From the NCBI GenBank assembly GCA_951406725.2, contig OX597819.1:131874001-131938000 (forward strand): DNA of 64,000 bases, written 5' to 3'. How positions within the stretch are numbered: the stretch's first letter is position 1; every line of letters starts with the position of its first letter. This document shows, in pieces, positions 61,394 through 64,000 of this stretch. Position numbers and translations under genes: made by a program. Source of the stretch: Octopus vulgaris. Taxonomy: Eukaryota. The notes under the pieces were generated by a model that saw only the letters and a program-made list of their open reading frames with translations, was not told the origin of the DNA and did no database searches.

Positions 61394-62540
61394 CGAGGGG
61401 GTGATCATTAAAATTCCCTTCTGATCCCCTTCCAGTTATTGCAGGAGACGCAGAATTTGTACGGCTATAATCATACATGTTTCTGCCTGTCACTTTGTAA
61501 ATTGCAGCTTTCCTCTAGTATTTGTTTGTCTTTTACGGCCAATGAAGTGGACAAAGGTGTTGTAATGGAGGCAGTTGAGTGCAGATCAGTGATCAGGTTC
61601 TTATACTTGAAAGGTCGTACAGCAAAAGAAACTTTCGATGAGATGAAAGCTTCTGGTGACGATATGCCCTCATAGGACGTAGTCAAGCATCAGCTCCCCC
61701 AGATCGAATTTGGTTGGACATTGGTGGAAACTGATCCTATTCCTGGACGGCCACATTCAGCCATTGATGATGACACCATTTTGGAGGATCACTGCATAAC
61801 TATTTGGCAACCAGCCCAAGAAGTGTTGGGCCTGGAAGAAATCATTTGCACATGCTCAATAGATTCCCCGGATGCTCACACCTTTTCAGGAGCAGGAACA
61901 AGTCAGCTGCTCCCAGGCTCTTTTGACAATGTACCAAGAAAACAAGAGTTTTGGTGGAAAGCTTATTACACAAGATGAAACCTAGGTCCATCACTATGAT
62001 CCTGACACTGAAGTCCAGTCCAAGCAATGGAAGTATAACTCACCACAGCCAAAGAAGTCTCGTGTCTGACCCTCAGCAGGCAAAGTGATGCTCGCAATCG
62101 TTTGGGACCAGCGTGGTGTAGTGATGGATTTTCTGGCAAAGGGCACCATAATTGATACGGCATAGTATGCTTCTCCATTGCAAAAATTGCAGGATACTAT
62201 CAAAGCAGAGAGGCCTGGCATGCTGACTAAAGGAGCCTGCCTCTTCCAAGACAGTGCTCCAATTCACAATGTGCATGTTACCCTGATGAAAACGCATTCC
62301 TGTGGCTGTGAGAGCCTTACTCTCCTGATCTTGCATCATCTGAGAGTTCCACCTCCTTCCAGCTGTGAAGTCTTTTTCTGAAGGACACACCCTACCGACT
62401 TCTATGGATAAGGTCTTCACAGCTGCATAAAGTGATGGGAGAAGTGTGCTACCATTGGTATTGGCTGTGTAGAGAAGGACTAAGAATTCTGCCAGTTCTT
62501 GGGAAATGGGTTAGGAGAAATCTTTATTGAATCTGTCCAT
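61394..62540 (+). mobile_element. Degenerate near full-length mariner (Tc1/mariner) transposon
   Basis: TA|CGAGGG terminus; RSVIRFLYLKG, TQDET.VHHYDP, SAGKVML..WDQRGV, LFQDSAPIH; many stops and frameshifts. Confidence 0.88.
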
Positions 62541-62989
62541 TCCATGTTTGGAACATCTCAGGTGTGTTGTTGAAAATCCATGGCTACCCAACATTATATG
62601 GGTGAGAAGTAGTAACTGGGAAGGGAAATCCGGTAATGTGGGGGAGGGGTCCGAGGTGAATGCCACACGATGAGGTGTGAGGAGGAAGTAACATGGTTAG
62701 AGATGCAGGTAGAGGTGAGTAACGAGAGAGGGGAGGAGGGTGTGCAAGGTGGCGTGAGGATGAGAGGGAGATGTTACAGTGAGCGAAGATGTTAGGGTGT
62801 TGGGAATGATGGCAGATATGAGAGGTGTACTGATGAAGGGAGGTTCTCAAAGGAATGGATGTGAGGAGGGCTGTCAGTTCTGCTTACAAGAAGGGATTGG
62901 ATGTGAGGGGAATGTTTGATGGGGCAGAATTTGTTACAAGCCCTAAACAGTGCTGTTTTGCTATTCTCTAAGCAAAACAGATCGGCAAT

Positions 62990-63620
62990 CATCTCGGTCT
63001 TTTGTCATCTCCATCAGGCTCCTCCTCAGCATCCTCCTCAGCCTTCACTGCTTCGTCCCACATCCTCCTAGGTCTCCCTCTTCCACAAGTTCCATCTGCT
63101 GGCACTTGTACTGTTGTCCATCCTCTTCACATGGCCAAACCAGGCCTCTTTGGCCAAAGTTTTCTCTCAGTACATTTTAATACTGATACTGCACATTCAA
63201 AGCAACATACTAGCTTCATTCTTCATCTTCTACCCGTTGCTTGGCCTCTCCATCCAGGCCTGTCCCTCACTACTGTGTCTCCTTGTTTATACACCAGCAT
63301 TGTACTATCTTCTGCCTTTCATTCTGAGGGGGAGAGAGAGACCTTTTGTAACCAACAGAGGCAACTTCTGTCAATTATACTTCCTTCCTTAACCTTCCAG
63401 TGATTCCACTGCACTTTCTTGTGCAAGAGGTGCGCACCATACGGAATTCCTGCCTCCACCTGCCCTGCATATGGAGCTGAGTTATATAGCCGAGAGGAGG
63501 CGTCTGTCTGTCTGTTTTCCTGCTTGCTAAGTTAATTGTCAGGCTCTTCAATCCTAGATTCTGCGATGACAATGGTGTTGCACATGTTTCTAAAGAGCGT
63601 CTGCTTTTATATTCCTTGTG
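62990..63620 (-). mobile_element. Degenerate RTE LINE fragment
   Basis: GTCGRGRPRRMWDEAVK remnant, with GLKSL.INLASRK upstream. Confidence 0.65.
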
Positions 63621-64000
63621 TTTGGGTCTAGAGAGCCATGTCTTTATATTATGCTTCGTAGTTTAGAATAACTTTGTTCTTTGGGGGTTTCCCCCCCACC
63701 CCTCATTATTTTAATCAGTTTCCATCAAGTTTAACAAATCAGTCAATGAGATGTTCTCCTTTGTTGTTTGTGACTTCTTTATTCAATGGTTTGTCTTGAA
63801 GAATTCATCAAGCCACTTTTTTCAGCCCCACATTATTGAAATAAATACCTCCTCAGAGTGACTGAAAATGGGGATAGTCTCAAGGTGCTATGCTTAGGGA
63901 GTAGTGTAGGTGCAGTAGAATCTCTCAACTGAGCTTTTATAGTTTCTTGGTCAGATTAGCAATCGTGGGTGAGGTGGGGCGTTTTTGTGTTGCCAGTCAG

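Overview
Eukaryotic, AT-rich, microsatellite- and transposon-dense genomic DNA. The SINE/LINE repertoire suggests a coleoid cephalopod, probably Octopus (inference). One complete protein-coding gene can be assembled by hand. It is a + strand hnRNP A/B-family gene with 10 coding exons (47253-54307, about 576 aa): two RRMs, an RGG box, a very long Gly/Tyr-rich domain built from symmetric phase-1 exons, and an M9-like PY-NLS. A transposon-free 3' region of about 4.5 kb follows it, with UAG-rich motifs and candidate non-coding exons that could drive splicing-coupled NMD autoregulation. The left third holds a transposon-poor promoter-like island (about 14.7-19.4 kb) and several minus-strand splice-signal-bounded segments, possibly alternative first exons of a gene lying beyond the window start. 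The remainder is interspersed repeats: RTE, CR1, Dong/R4 and Tx1/L1-like LINE fragments, mariner remnants, piggyBac-type TTAA MITEs, tRNA-derived SINEs, long hairpin elements, a SINE-seeded minisatellite, and a Penelope-like remnant with a type I hammerhead ribozyme at 40436-40521 (-). Most ORF-track entries are spurious. Repeat boundaries are approximate, and all calls come from manual reading without database searches.
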